From positions 832,001 through 896,000 of the forward strand of contig CM000435.1 in assembly GCA_000165345.1 (NCBI GenBank): a stretch of DNA of 64,000 nt. Reading direction: 5' to 3'. Below, in pieces: positions 9,790 to 20,300 of this stretch. A model generated the notes under the pieces. That model had not been told where the DNA came from and did not search any database. It worked only from the letters and a program-made list of their open reading frames with translations. Made by a program: the position numbers and the translations under genes. How positions within the stretch are numbered: position 1 is the first letter of the stretch; every line of letters starts with the position of its first letter.

Positions 9790-11494
9790 ATGGTAAATGA
9801 TAAAGTACTTAAGAATGATCTTCTTAACGAAAGAAATACCAACTTCCCAAAGTTTAAGGTAGGAGAAAGAGTAGGGAGATATGTGAAAATTAAAGAAGTA
9901 AGTAGATAGCACTATTACAAAGCTAGCGATCTTTTATAAATATATTTTATAGGTTGGAAGTGGATCTTATGGAAAGGCAATATTAGTTAAAGATATTTAT
10001 AAGGGGAGAGACTACGTTATGAAAATAATAAATATTTCAAAGTTATCATCAAATGAGCGTAAAGATGCTATTAATGAAGTTAAACTTCTGAGTAGCATCC
10101 GGCATCCATATATTGTATGCTTTAGAGAATCGTTTGTTGAAGATGGATTTTTGAATATAGTGATGGAGTATGCAGATGGTGGTGATTTATTCCGTAAAGT
10201 TAATGCACAGAAGCAGTTAAAAAAAAATTTTCTTGAAAATCAAGTCGTCAGATGGCTTACACAAGCTTTATTGGGGCTTGCGCATCTTCATAATAAAAGG
10301 ATTTTACACAGAGATATTAAAAGCCAAAATATATTTATTTCCTACAACGGATTGAAAATAGGAGATTTCGGAATTGCAAAGGTAATTTAAATTGTATATT
10401 GAAATTTGGATTAAAATTGTTCAAATTCTCTTAGGTACTTGAAAACACCGGTGCTTTTGCAAAAACAACAATTGGAACGCCTTATTATTTGTCACCTGAA
10501 ATATGCTTATCGAAACCTTATTCGTGGTCATCTGACATTTGGGCTTTAGGGTATGTTGAGAAACCGATCATTTGTTTTCAGTATTAATTTGTAAAGCTGC
10601 GTTGCATATGAAATGTGTTCACTTAAAGTTCCTTTCGATGCACCTAATCTTAAAACATTAGTTGAGAAAATTACCAATGGTAAGTTAACTAAAAAATTAC
10701 TATTCTTAAATTATTCATTGATAGGGATTTTTTTACCGATTTCAAATTCATATTCTGAGGGTTTAAGAAGGGTTATTATGGACATGCTTATAATTGATTC
10801 TTCACAGAGACCTACGGTCATGGAATTATTAAAATATCCAATAATTGAGGTAAGAAATAATTAAAGCATGATGAATCGCATTTATTGATGAATCTTAGTC
10901 AGAGCTAAAAACATTGAAAAAAGAAGCATACGCAATTTGCAAAAGTAATATTAACGATTCTATTTTAGTTAGTAACGCAGCTTCAGTTATTGAAATAATA
11001 AGGTATGTGAAATATTCTTATTTATTAAACATTAAACGGTTTTTAGTGCAATACAAACCCACTCCACAAATATAATAACAAGATTCAATCATTTCAAAAT
11101 ATTCGATGGGTCAAACTGCGAATTAAATCATTTGAATAACAAAAATTACAATTTAATAGGAAATGACAAAAAAACAGAAAAGGTTGGAAGCGAGATCCCA
11201 GTCAAACCTTCCATGGAATACACATGCGAAGTTGGAAAAATTCAAGAAATTGATAATAATAGCGAAACTGAAGGAAATCATGTTTCTAATTGCAATTATA
11301 TCATAAATTGCAACAAAAAAGCAACCAACGGGTCAAAGAATTCATCAGATGTTCAAACCTCCACAACAGCTTCATACTCTTATGATGACAAGGACTCCAC
11401 TGCAAATACAAAACTTAATGAAATATATAAATCAAACCCTACTAAAGATTATTCAGTTAACTTGTTTCCATTTCAAGTCGAAACAGTAATCTAG
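9790..11494 (+). CDS. NIMA-related (NEK) serine/threonine protein kinase; 7 exons (6 small GT-AG introns), about 470 aa
   Basis: Proposed exons: 9790..9897, 9953..10381, 10435..10550, 10597..10679, 10725..10849, 10899..11002, 11047..11494. The total is 1413 nt and all junctions keep the frame. The introns are 44-56 nt with GTAAGT/GTATGT/GTAATT donors. The spliced product reads [12 protein letters not shown]...[12 protein letters not shown]...DFGIAK|[39 protein letters not shown]|[28 protein letters not shown]|IFLPIS...[14 protein letters not shown] followed by a low-complexity S/N/T tail. The last exon is a 153-codon open frame with no ATG near its 5' end, which argues it is a spliced exon. 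The two 3'-most introns are less certain; the kinase could instead end VRNN* at 10864. Confidence 0.75.
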
Positions 11495-11576
11495 TATTGA
11501 AAGCCAGCGCCAATATTTAGAGCGCAATGCTTCTAGAAAGGCAAAGCCTTAAAAAAATCACATCAAAATTTCAATT

Positions 11577-11915
11577 ATGGATACAATCTCAAATATTAAC
11601 ACAGAAAACGATAGCTCACAACAAGCAAACATTTCTCATTCTAATGTAGAGGAGTCTACTCAATCATTAAAATTCGTCATGCAGGACGTGCAGGAGCACT
11701 TCAAAAGAGCATCGCAAACAATACTAAGTCGAATCGATGAAATGGGTAGCCGAATCGATCAACTTGAATTTATGCTCAATGACTTAATATCGGAAGTTGA
11801 ATCATCAAGTCCAATGAAGCAGAAGACAGCTCACAATCAAAACGACTTAAACCACTCTAAGGCAGAAGTTAATGATTTAATACCTATTGAAAGCACGGAA
11901 CAGGTTAATAAGTAA
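11577..11915 (+). CDS. HSBP1: Heat shock factor binding protein 1 (HSBP1) homologue
   Basis: 112 aa. LKFVMQDVQEHFKRASQTILSRIDEMGSRIDQLEFMLNDLISE matches the HSBP1 coiled-coil core (…[38 protein letters not shown]…). Confidence 0.8.
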   Translation: MDTISNINTENDSSQQANISHSNVEESTQSLKFVMQDVQEHFKRASQTILSRIDEMGSRIDQLEFMLNDLISEVESSSPMKQKTAHNQNDLNHSKAEVNDLIPIESTEQVNK

Positions 11916-12146
11916 TTATATTGTATTACTCACTTTGCAACTACCAAGTTTCCCACACCATTGTTATTTTGCTGATTATAACAGAAAGAAGTAGATATTA
12001 AGTAATTAATCTAAAGTATGCGTGAAATTTATAAGATTGGCAATTCAAAGAAAGATTTACTTATTACTTTACGATTCAATGCTTGGTTTATTGCGCATGA
12101 ATTTATTTAGTCATTCATCAGTTATTTATTAAAGATTAATGGATCC

Positions 12147-12154
12147 TAGCGCCA
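12147..12154. promoter_or_regulatory. E2F-like GC box (TAGCGCCA) upstream of the cyclin gene
   Basis: An isolated GC-rich octamer about 390 bp upstream of the ATG at 12545, in an AT-rich spacer. Confidence 0.25.
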
Positions 12155-12476
12155 TTAGACATGACTGACAAACTGTCGTAGAGTGAAATTTATTTCGGTT
12201 AATATATCTATGAAGACATATTATACGTATAGAGTTGTATTTAACTACTATATTCCAGGTTATTTGATATTACTCGTTATAAGAGATGCATTTGTATTGG
12301 TCAAGCGAAAATGCGGTAGAATTTAGAAAAAGAATAAGGGAGATATAAATGAAATTGGTTTAGAAACAGTAATCCTCTTTGGAGGTCAACTAGATTACGT
12401 AGAACTGTTCCTTTCATTTAATAATACCTATTACATTTTTTCTTGTCCTAGAGGGCGTATATGAGAATCCAGAGTT

Positions 12477-12492
12477 GGTCTCATAGGAGACC
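12477..12492. promoter_or_regulatory. Perfect 6-bp-arm palindrome GGTCTCATAGGAGACC in the cyclin 5' leader
   Basis: GGTCTC / ATAG / GAGACC, 53 bp upstream of the ATG at 12545. It could be a 5'-UTR hairpin or a dimeric factor site. Confidence 0.3.
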
Positions 12493-12544
12493 AAAAGCCT
12501 AACAACAATAAGGGCCTGAAAGTTGGATAAAAAGATTCCTTACG

Positions 12545-14335
12545 ATGATAGACGAATATGCTTATAATTTCCTTTTTCCATTCAGTTCTGTTGGATCTTC
12601 AGGTACCGCTGTTTCAGGTAGGACAAATGATCGATTCGATGATATTGATTCATCATATCATTCACTGGCTAATCTACGTAAGTCTGAGATTTGCACTTAC
12701 AAGTCGATTTTAAGAAATAACAGTAACTTAACCGATTGTGATTACTTTCGACCATCGGTTTCACAGCCTATTAATTCACAAAAAAGTATGCATGATATTC
12801 AAACAATAAAAGATTCAAGCATTTATCATTCTATAACAGATGAAGTTGACAGAGACATAAAACCTACTAACACTGAACCAGGGTTTATCGTTGCTCTTTC
12901 ATCCTTTCTAACACAAATTGCTACATCAAATTCATCAAACTCATCATGTAACGTCGGAGTTTTGACGCCGTTCCACTCAGTTTGCATACCACCGATTCCA
13001 ATTCGAGCATATTTAATTAGACTGGCTCAAAACTTTGGTTGTAGCAATGAATGTTTTGTATTGGCCATTATTTATGTCGGAAGGATTATCAAATTTAATA
13101 AAAACTTTACTATAACTTTATTGAATGTCCATAGAATAATTGTTACCGCACTTATTCTTGCAACCAAGTTTTTCGATGACATTTATTATAGCAATGCATT
13201 TTATGCAAAAATTTCAGGTGTTGGAACTCGCGAACTTAATTCACTCGAAATCCACTTTTTGAGACTTGTCAGATTTCAGCTTTTTGTTACTGAACACGAA
13301 TATGAAATATATAAGCGTTGTATTTTGAATTCAGCATTTCTGCATTCAACAATACCTTCTTTACCTGTAAGTATTTTTGATAAACAGGTTTCTGATGAAT
13401 TTAGAGGCAATCATCGAATAAAGGATATTAGCTTTATAGGAGAAAGAAAACGCCTATCATTACAAAATTCTTTCCCATATAACTATAATTACCCTGGTGT
13501 TTATAATTCACTACTGAATGGAGAAAAATTTGAGAGTCGCGACATACAATCTATGTTAATTGGTGATTACTCTTTAAGTTCACAAGCTCGTTCTACTGGT
13601 AATTTATACACTCAAAAATTAAATTCTTTTAATTCGAATGCAGATATACCGTCGAACTGTGATTTTTGTTCAAATCAGACATCTGAAATTATTAATTCGG
13701 AATTAACACCATCTTCACAATGTGCGCAAAATTATGGCCTCCTCTCCGAAAAGTGGGTTTCACAACAACTTACTTTTAGTAATTCTGGCTGCGTTCATAA
13801 CCAAATTCAAGATGAACTTTGTGCTGATCAATTTCGTGGCCTAGTTAAAGATGAGAGACTTTCACGTAAAGTTGATAAGACTTCATTCTCATCTGGTTCT
13901 AATGTAAGAAATGACTACCTTTCTATAAATCTGAAACATTCGTCAGCTTTTAATAACGGGTATGCGCGTACACAAATAGATAATTCTGAGCGTGCATATA
14001 ACGCAAATTTGAATAGCTCGAACTATTTGAGAGCCGAAATTCAATCAAGCGACTTAACACAACGCCGAATCGAAGGTTCAGAGATTCAAATACCTAACAT
14101 GCATCCAGAGTACAAAGGTATAGTTAATTTGAATTATAGTTCATACTCTAATGATTCTGGATATTATAATTCAGTTAATGCATCAGACATTAACGTATTA
14201 TCTACGACAGGCGTTATAACGTCATCTACAGTGACCTTAGTTAATCCAACTGTTAATCGTTATGGACAACACATATTTATGAATCCTTATAATGTCCGAT
14301 GCACTACTGGAATAGATCGAAGATTGCTTGTTTAA
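12545..14335 (+). CDS. PHO80/PCL-type cyclin (CDK partner) with a long S/N-rich C-terminal extension
   Basis: 596 aa. The cyclin box IRAYLIRLAQNFGCSNECFVLAIIYVGRIIKF...ITLLNVHRIIVTALILATKFFDDIYYSNAFYAKISGVGTRELNSLEIHFLRLVRFQLFV closely follows the PHO80-like pattern (…[32 protein letters not shown]…ELEFL…F.L.V). Confidence 0.8.
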   Translation: MIDEYAYNFLFPFSSVGSSGTAVSGRTNDRFDDIDSSYHSLANLRKSEICTYKSILRNNSNLTDCDYFRPSVSQPINSQKSMHDIQTIKDSSIYHSITDEVDRDIKPTNTEPGFIVALSSFLTQIATSNSSNSSCNVGVLTPFHSVCIPPIPIRAYLIRLAQNFGCSNECFVLAIIYVGRIIKFNKNFTITLLNVHRIIVTALILATKFFDDIYYSNAFYAKISGVGTRELNSLEIHFLRLVRFQLFVTEHEYEIYKRCILNSAFLHSTIPSLPVSIFDKQVSDEFRGNHRIKDISFIGERKRLSLQNSFPYNYNYPGVYNSLLNGEKFESRDIQSMLIGDYSLSSQARSTGNLYTQKLNSFNSNADIPSNCDFCSNQTSEIINSELTPSSQCAQNYGLLSEKWVSQQLTFSNSGCVHNQIQDELCADQFRGLVKDERLSRKVDKTSFSSGSNVRNDYLSINLKHSSAFNNGYARTQIDNSERAYNANLNSSNYLRAEIQSSDLTQRRIEGSEIQIPNMHPEYKGIVNLNYSSYSNDSGYYNSVNASDINVLSTTGVITSSTVTLVNPTVNRYGQHIFMNPYNVRCTTGIDRRLLV

Positions 14336-14631
14336 TACTTTTAATTAGCTGTTTTTCGTATTATTTATTAATTTATTGCAATTACTAATTATACTAAATA
14401 TTTAAAGAATTATTCTCTTAACTAATTTGAATTCGGAAGAAAAAAATTTTTTTTCATATGTAGTAATAAGTCGACTGTATTTAATAATGTAAAAAGTTTT
14501 ATTTCGGACAGAAAATCTAAGAAGTGTCTCAAAAAAATTCTACTCAAATGACAAACAATTATATCTGAAATATAATGACTTGCAAGCTAAAAATAAGTTT
14601 GAAATGATTTAGATTGAAATTATAACGACAA

Positions 14632-17082
14632 TTAATTCATTACTGAAATTTCAATATCTAGCACTCTTCTTAATTGCGCTTGAATCCTCACAAGTGGTTT
14701 TAGTTGATTCTTTCTAAATTCCCTGCGTAGTTTGTATCTCAAATATACAGCTTCTAATAATTGTACAAGCGGCTCGAATGCAGCGAGTTTTTCTCGTTGG
14801 AGTTGTGCCATTCTTTTTGCTGCATCTTTAGACAAGAAAACCATAGTTTTACCGATTGCCCATGAATTCTTTGGTATGTTTGTACCAGATAACATCTTTT
14901 CAGCAAGGATCTTAGGATCTGTCTTTTTATCGTTAGCAGCTGACATATCACAGTACTTGAATTGATAAATGAACTCTGAGAATGTCCTTCTATATGAGAA
15001 ACCTAAGTTACGGAGTTGTAAAGCTTCTAAGATGGAGAGTGAGTGTAATTGAATCAAAACTTTAGATGCTAACCAGTCCAGTGGTTTTTTTGATTCGTTT
15101 GGCTTCACACATCTAATAAAATGAGGCTCTGTTTCATTGACAATGGACATAAGTGATCCCAAAGAGTTCATGAATTGAGAACCAATTAATTGTCCCTTGG
15201 CCATTTTACCTCTTTCAACAAAGACATCCTTGAATAGATCTGCAACTAATTTATTTGAGGATTTTTGTACAACTTCTACGAGCTCAGCCCTCAAGACATC
15301 CTTATTCTTGAACAGGAATCCAGATGCGCAGTATTGAATATCTCCAATTGTATGAGAAACAATAAAGTTTACATCACCACCAATTTTTGCTGGTTTTAAA
15401 CATGGATTGCTCTTAAGATTAGTGTATGCAGCAGATAGAAACTTTTCATCGCTTCCATTTGGAACTAAACATTGATCTTCCATTGCAGAAAGAATTGAAT
15501 TCTTTTTATCGCATAAAGCTTCTAGAACCATCTTGTTTGACTTGAACTCTAAGTTGGCTGCTGAGATCCCTTCACTGCTGTAAAGATTCTGTTCCTTCTC
15601 AAACACAATATCAGTGAAGTTCTTTTGTAAGTATTCGTTAGTTACATTAATGAAGAATTGCTCTAAAGAGTTGTTTTTGAAAACTTCAAAACCGAAAATA
15701 TCAAGCATTCCACAGAACACTTTAAATCCGGATGGAGGCTTAATGTTTTCGTTAAGATTCAAAATAATATAATCGAATAATTTGTCGTATAATCCTTTTG
15801 CAAGAGAATCCTTGAGCATTCTTGTCTCATCTGGCCTGAATCTTCCCTCAATAACATTTTTACCAGCATAAGAAATTTTGACAATAAGTTCCTTCTCTAC
15901 AATTTCCTTATCCAATTTGCAGAGTTCCATAGCATTATTGAAAGATTCTCTGCTTGAATCCGCAATTCTGGATCCTTCGACTCCTCCACCAACATCTTCC
16001 GGCTCAATCTCAACGTTTCCAAGCAATAAAATTCCTGAAACTAAGGAGAGAATGTCCTCAATTTGACTATCAGAGAGACCCATTGTTTTAAAACTCTGCA
16101 TGACATCCTTGAAATCCTGAACATCATCGATTGTCTCAACATCTAAACATTCTGGGTTAATAAATTTGTATTCATTCAAACTCTTAAGCTTCAACTTCTC
16201 CTTCAAGCCAGGAATAGTTTCAGCTCCCTTAATTAATTGATAGAAAATGTGATAGCTTCTTTCAAGACTTTCTTGTGTAATTACACGGGACTTTTCCAAT
16301 AAGAAGTTACGTACTACACCATATTCAATACCACCCATCTTACCTAATTGAAGTTGCATAAAACGACCAAATCTGGATGAGTTATTATTACGGGTAGTTT
16401 TTGCATTTCCAAATGCTTCAAGGACTGGGTTTGCAGCCATGATTGCATTCTGGATTTTCAAGTCCATTGTTCCACTCTTTGAAGATGCAAAGAACTTCAT
16501 TACGTGCTTTGTAGCTTCAGTCTTTCCTGCACCTGATTCACCGCAAACCAAAATTGATTGGCATCTTGAAACCGACATAATATTATCAAATGCCCTCTTT
16601 GCAATGGCAAATACGTGCGGTGGTAATTTTGAGACATCATTTGCATCTCTATAGTTTAAAATCACATCATTCCCTACAAGTCCAACATCTTTAAATGGGT
16701 TGATTGCAACTAGTAATGGATCCGCAGTAGTATATATTTGATTTACGAGATATCTCTGCTTTAGAAAGTCTAATACACAAGGAATGGAGGTGTATGGGAC
16801 TAAACCAATATCTGGATAGGTATTTGGATCAAAAGGTTCATTGGCTATAAAACAACTATCTATCTTTGCCTCAAAAGTAGCATTAGAATCAACTTCCTTT
16901 AAGCAAAGCTTCTCTGCAGTAGAGCCTGCTTGAACAATACACTTCGCAAAGAGACTATCCGGGTCGTTTAATACCGATGGTGCGGAGTCACACCAAACTG
17001 TCGAACCCTTTGCTGTTTTTGCATCAAATACAAACTTCCCAGAAACCTTACGAGTTAAACCTTTAACGTCCTTCGCACTCAT
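14632..17082 (-). CDS. MYOA: Class XIV myosin, MyoA-type glideosome motor (head domain, essentially no tail)
   Basis: 816 aa. Near-collinear with Toxoplasma MyoA as I recall it: LFAKCIVQAG, IPCVLDFLKQRY, NQIYTTADPLLVAINPF, P-loop GESGAGKTEATK, NSSRFGRFMQL, LDIFGFEVFKNNSLEQFFIN, CLVPNGSDEKFL, EPHFIRCVKPN, SILEALQLRNLGFSYRR. Confidence 0.95.
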   Translation of the reverse strand: MSAKDVKGLTRKVSGKFVFDAKTAKGSTVWCDSAPSVLNDPDSLFAKCIVQAGSTAEKLCLKEVDSNATFEAKIDSCFIANEPFDPNTYPDIGLVPYTSIPCVLDFLKQRYLVNQIYTTADPLLVAINPFKDVGLVGNDVILNYRDANDVSKLPPHVFAIAKRAFDNIMSVSRCQSILVCGESGAGKTEATKHVMKFFASSKSGTMDLKIQNAIMAANPVLEAFGNAKTTRNNNSSRFGRFMQLQLGKMGGIEYGVVRNFLLEKSRVITQESLERSYHIFYQLIKGAETIPGLKEKLKLKSLNEYKFINPECLDVETIDDVQDFKDVMQSFKTMGLSDSQIEDILSLVSGILLLGNVEIEPEDVGGGVEGSRIADSSRESFNNAMELCKLDKEIVEKELIVKISYAGKNVIEGRFRPDETRMLKDSLAKGLYDKLFDYIILNLNENIKPPSGFKVFCGMLDIFGFEVFKNNSLEQFFINVTNEYLQKNFTDIVFEKEQNLYSSEGISAANLEFKSNKMVLEALCDKKNSILSAMEDQCLVPNGSDEKFLSAAYTNLKSNPCLKPAKIGGDVNFIVSHTIGDIQYCASGFLFKNKDVLRAELVEVVQKSSNKLVADLFKDVFVERGKMAKGQLIGSQFMNSLGSLMSIVNETEPHFIRCVKPNESKKPLDWLASKVLIQLHSLSILEALQLRNLGFSYRRTFSEFIYQFKYCDMSAANDKKTDPKILAEKMLSGTNIPKNSWAIGKTMVFLSKDAAKRMAQLQREKLAAFEPLVQLLEAVYLRYKLRREFRKNQLKPLVRIQAQLRRVLDIEISVMN

Positions 17083-17398
17083 ATTTATTCACGCTTTCCT
17101 AGTAATATTACAAAGAAAACTAATCAAAATGCAAATTCTGTAGTTACTCATGCAAATCTGCTATACAGCTTGCACTCATTTGACGATTATGTCTTACATG
17201 ATTTTAAGCGCTAATCTCATGTCTACAATAAAAAAAAATTATTCAGATTGAAATGTATACGAGGGTAATATTTATTTTTATTATGTAATTTGTCTATTCT
17301 AATGAATTTAAATAACCTTTTTTCTGCAATATATATATTTTCTATATTTAGATGACCTATTGAGTATTATACGTATAGTTATCTTTTGATAAATACAT

Positions 17399-20300
17399 TT
17401 ATTCATATATAAATGCAAACGACGTAGATCCATCTTCTTTATTTATATTTTGGATCCTATAATAAAGATCTTTTACTGCATTTTTTCTACTTGATTTTGA
17501 TTCCACAAAGTTTCTGAACAATTTTCTGTTGTTTGTAACCATGTGTTCACAAACACTCTCGGAAACTTTTTTCATATCAATACTTTGAGATTTTTCGCTT
17601 AACTTATTTTCTATCTTCAAAAGCGAGATGTTCTTTCCACTAATTAATGATGACATTAGATCAATACAATTTGATAAAATCTCACTCATTTTAATTCTGA
17701 GTTTACCTGAATCAACCAAGTCTCCATCAGGAATCGCGTTTACAATTAATAAATACCCAATCTCATATGCCGAGTCTATCATCATCTTAATAAAGCTTTC
17801 TGGATTGAAAAAGAATCTGATTTGATTAATTTCTGTTTCTTGGCAAAAATCTGAAAATGAGTATTTCTTCAATTTATTTAAATTTTTTACAGATAGTTTT
17901 GTAATCAACTGATGGAAAATGTGAGGCCCTACGCTTAAAGAATAATCTTTAGCCCACATATTTACGATATTTGAAATAGTGTACCATCCAATAATTTTGT
18001 CTTTTGAAGCTGTTTTAGAATTAGCACTAATTTTTTCGAGTAATTTCGAGTGTATTTTTTTTTTATCTTTAATTGAAAAAAGGAAGTGGTTGGGTGAGAT
18101 TAGATCGATAAACGTTTGGCATATAACTTTTATTATATCTTCTTTAATTTGGTCGTTTATGTCAATTGTTACTGTTCCGTCAACATCTGTCGGATATTCC
18201 ATGACTGGGACACTATACTCAAATACCTGACTATCATCGGGATTAAGAACAATTATTTCGTTTGAATGGCTATTGGTCCAAACTTTACACATTGACTCAA
18301 GATCAGATAAGCTGGTATTTTTATTAAAATCGAGTTTTATATCCGCCATACTTTCAAGTTGAAGAAAAGACATAGCTTCTTGGAATGCACGACGAATAAC
18401 ATATGTATTGAAGAAAATCAAGTCAGAGTAGATTAATAAGTTTTTGCTTTGGAGATCTTTATGCATTTCAACTGGTGCAAGTTTTAAAAATGAATAATTC
18501 GCCATTTCTGGATCAATATAAATTAAAGTATCTATACTTCCATTCAAGGCTCTAACTTCTGTGGCTGAAGGTACTCCAAAACTAAATAGTGTTTCAATAA
18601 ACTGATCTTTAATATTATTGTGGATACTTTTTTGCATATTTATATGATTAGAATAGTCCGACAAAGGATGTTTTTCAACCAAGAACTGCATTGTATTGAA
18701 TATAAGTTCAAATTGATGGCTTACAGAATAAATATAAATCACTGTCCTTCCATATTTTTTCTCTAAATCATTACAGAATGTTATGATTTCTTCTTTAGAA
18801 TATATGAGCATTTGCGAAACCCAATTAAAGCAATATTTATAAAGTGTAGTTATTTCATCTTCATCTATTTTGATGTTATTAAGCTTTTTTAAATCAGTTG
18901 CTTTTTTGGACGAAATCTGAGAAATCAAAAGACGATTAATCATATCATATGTAATCAACTTTTTTCTTGAGTAAAGAGGCGAATGAATAGTACTAATCCA
19001 TGATCCAAGCTCAATAAGTGGAGTTTGTGACATTTCTATAATGATATATTCTGTGAATTCTTTTTCAAAATAAATGCTTAGTATTTCGGCTTGAGAATAA
19101 AATGCATTCAACAATAATGCTGGGTCCCAAAAGTAGTGGTAATTATAAAATCCAACAAAGCTATTGGACTTAATTAGTTGATTATAACTTGATGTTTTGG
19201 AAATCAATTGCCAGTCAGCTGTAACTAAACTAGCTGAAGTATTTGGCCAAATTAATTTATTTCCAGACCTTGCATCATCTTGTTTAATTCTACGTATAAA
19301 CTCCATTAAAAAGATCTTTCTTATTTCCCCAAAAATAAATGGAAGATTTGGTTCCCAAATATTTGCAACTTCACTACAGATTCGTTCTGAACGGTCCTTT
19401 TCTGTTGAATCTCCATAGAATGACGAAAGTTCCATAATCAATATTGAAAGTGGAGATATTCTAGTCAAGTATTCAGCGCACAAATTGGATAGTTTTTTGT
19501 CCATTTCAGTATCTCCTCTTTCAAAAATATGTATAGAACTATGTGAAGCAAAAATACTAGGTAATAATGATGGATCTTGAAAATATTCTACATATTTTGA
19601 TATACTTATCAGCTCCCTTTTTAGCACTTGAATTATCGTTTCAACAATATTAATTGGACTAATAAAAGTACTTTCTAAACCCAGGGTTGAGTGCAATATG
19701 AACCAATCCAATCCATTTGTAAATGTGTTTGAGATCTGGTCCCAATATATGCTTTTTGAGGAAATACCTGAATTTTCATTATCTCTAAATTGGTTTAGAA
19801 AATCAAATCCAGACAAAGAAGATTTCTTTGACATTATATTTGCAATCTTCGGGCTCAATGATTCAAAGTATTTAATACCAAACAATTCAAGTAGAACATT
19901 ATTTTTTGTCATTTCTAAAAATATTTTTTTAATTTTATTCGTATCTCTCAATTGAACATCACTCCTTGGATATCCAGATAAGTAAATTGTATTGTTAAAC
20001 GACACTAGACTAACCGAGTTTACAGAAATTACTGGTACAATTGTGGAGTCTATCATTTTTACTCTCTCCCAGCTACATGGAAATGGAGGTTCCAATTCGA
20101 AAAATATTCCAGGATAAATGTATTCTCTTGGTTCGGGGAATAGTGGAGCATGATAAATTGCTTTCAATCTTTCCTTAGTTGTCAAAAATATACCATCACT
20201 TTTAGTTTTTAAGTTAATAATTCTTTCTTCTTCCAACAACATTTCATAGAAAAACAATACGATGTGTTTGAAATCCAAGTTTCTATAATGTTCTATGAAT

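Noticed and set aside
10850-11046. Alternative model in which the NEK kinase terminates at VRNN* (10864) without the two 3' introns
   Set aside because: Not fully excluded, but disfavoured. The GTAAGA donor immediately follows the last kinase-domain codon. Two downstream open frames lack initiator ATGs and are frame-compatible through canonical acceptors.
11132-11494. Stand-alone 120-aa gene as listed in the ORF track (and the 'M' start at 63944)
   Set aside because: The listed start codons are TTG, not ATG. The 11132 frame is open for 153 codons upstream to 11036 with no ATG near its 5' end. It is better explained as the terminal exon of the NEK gene. The 63944 frame continues open to the window edge.
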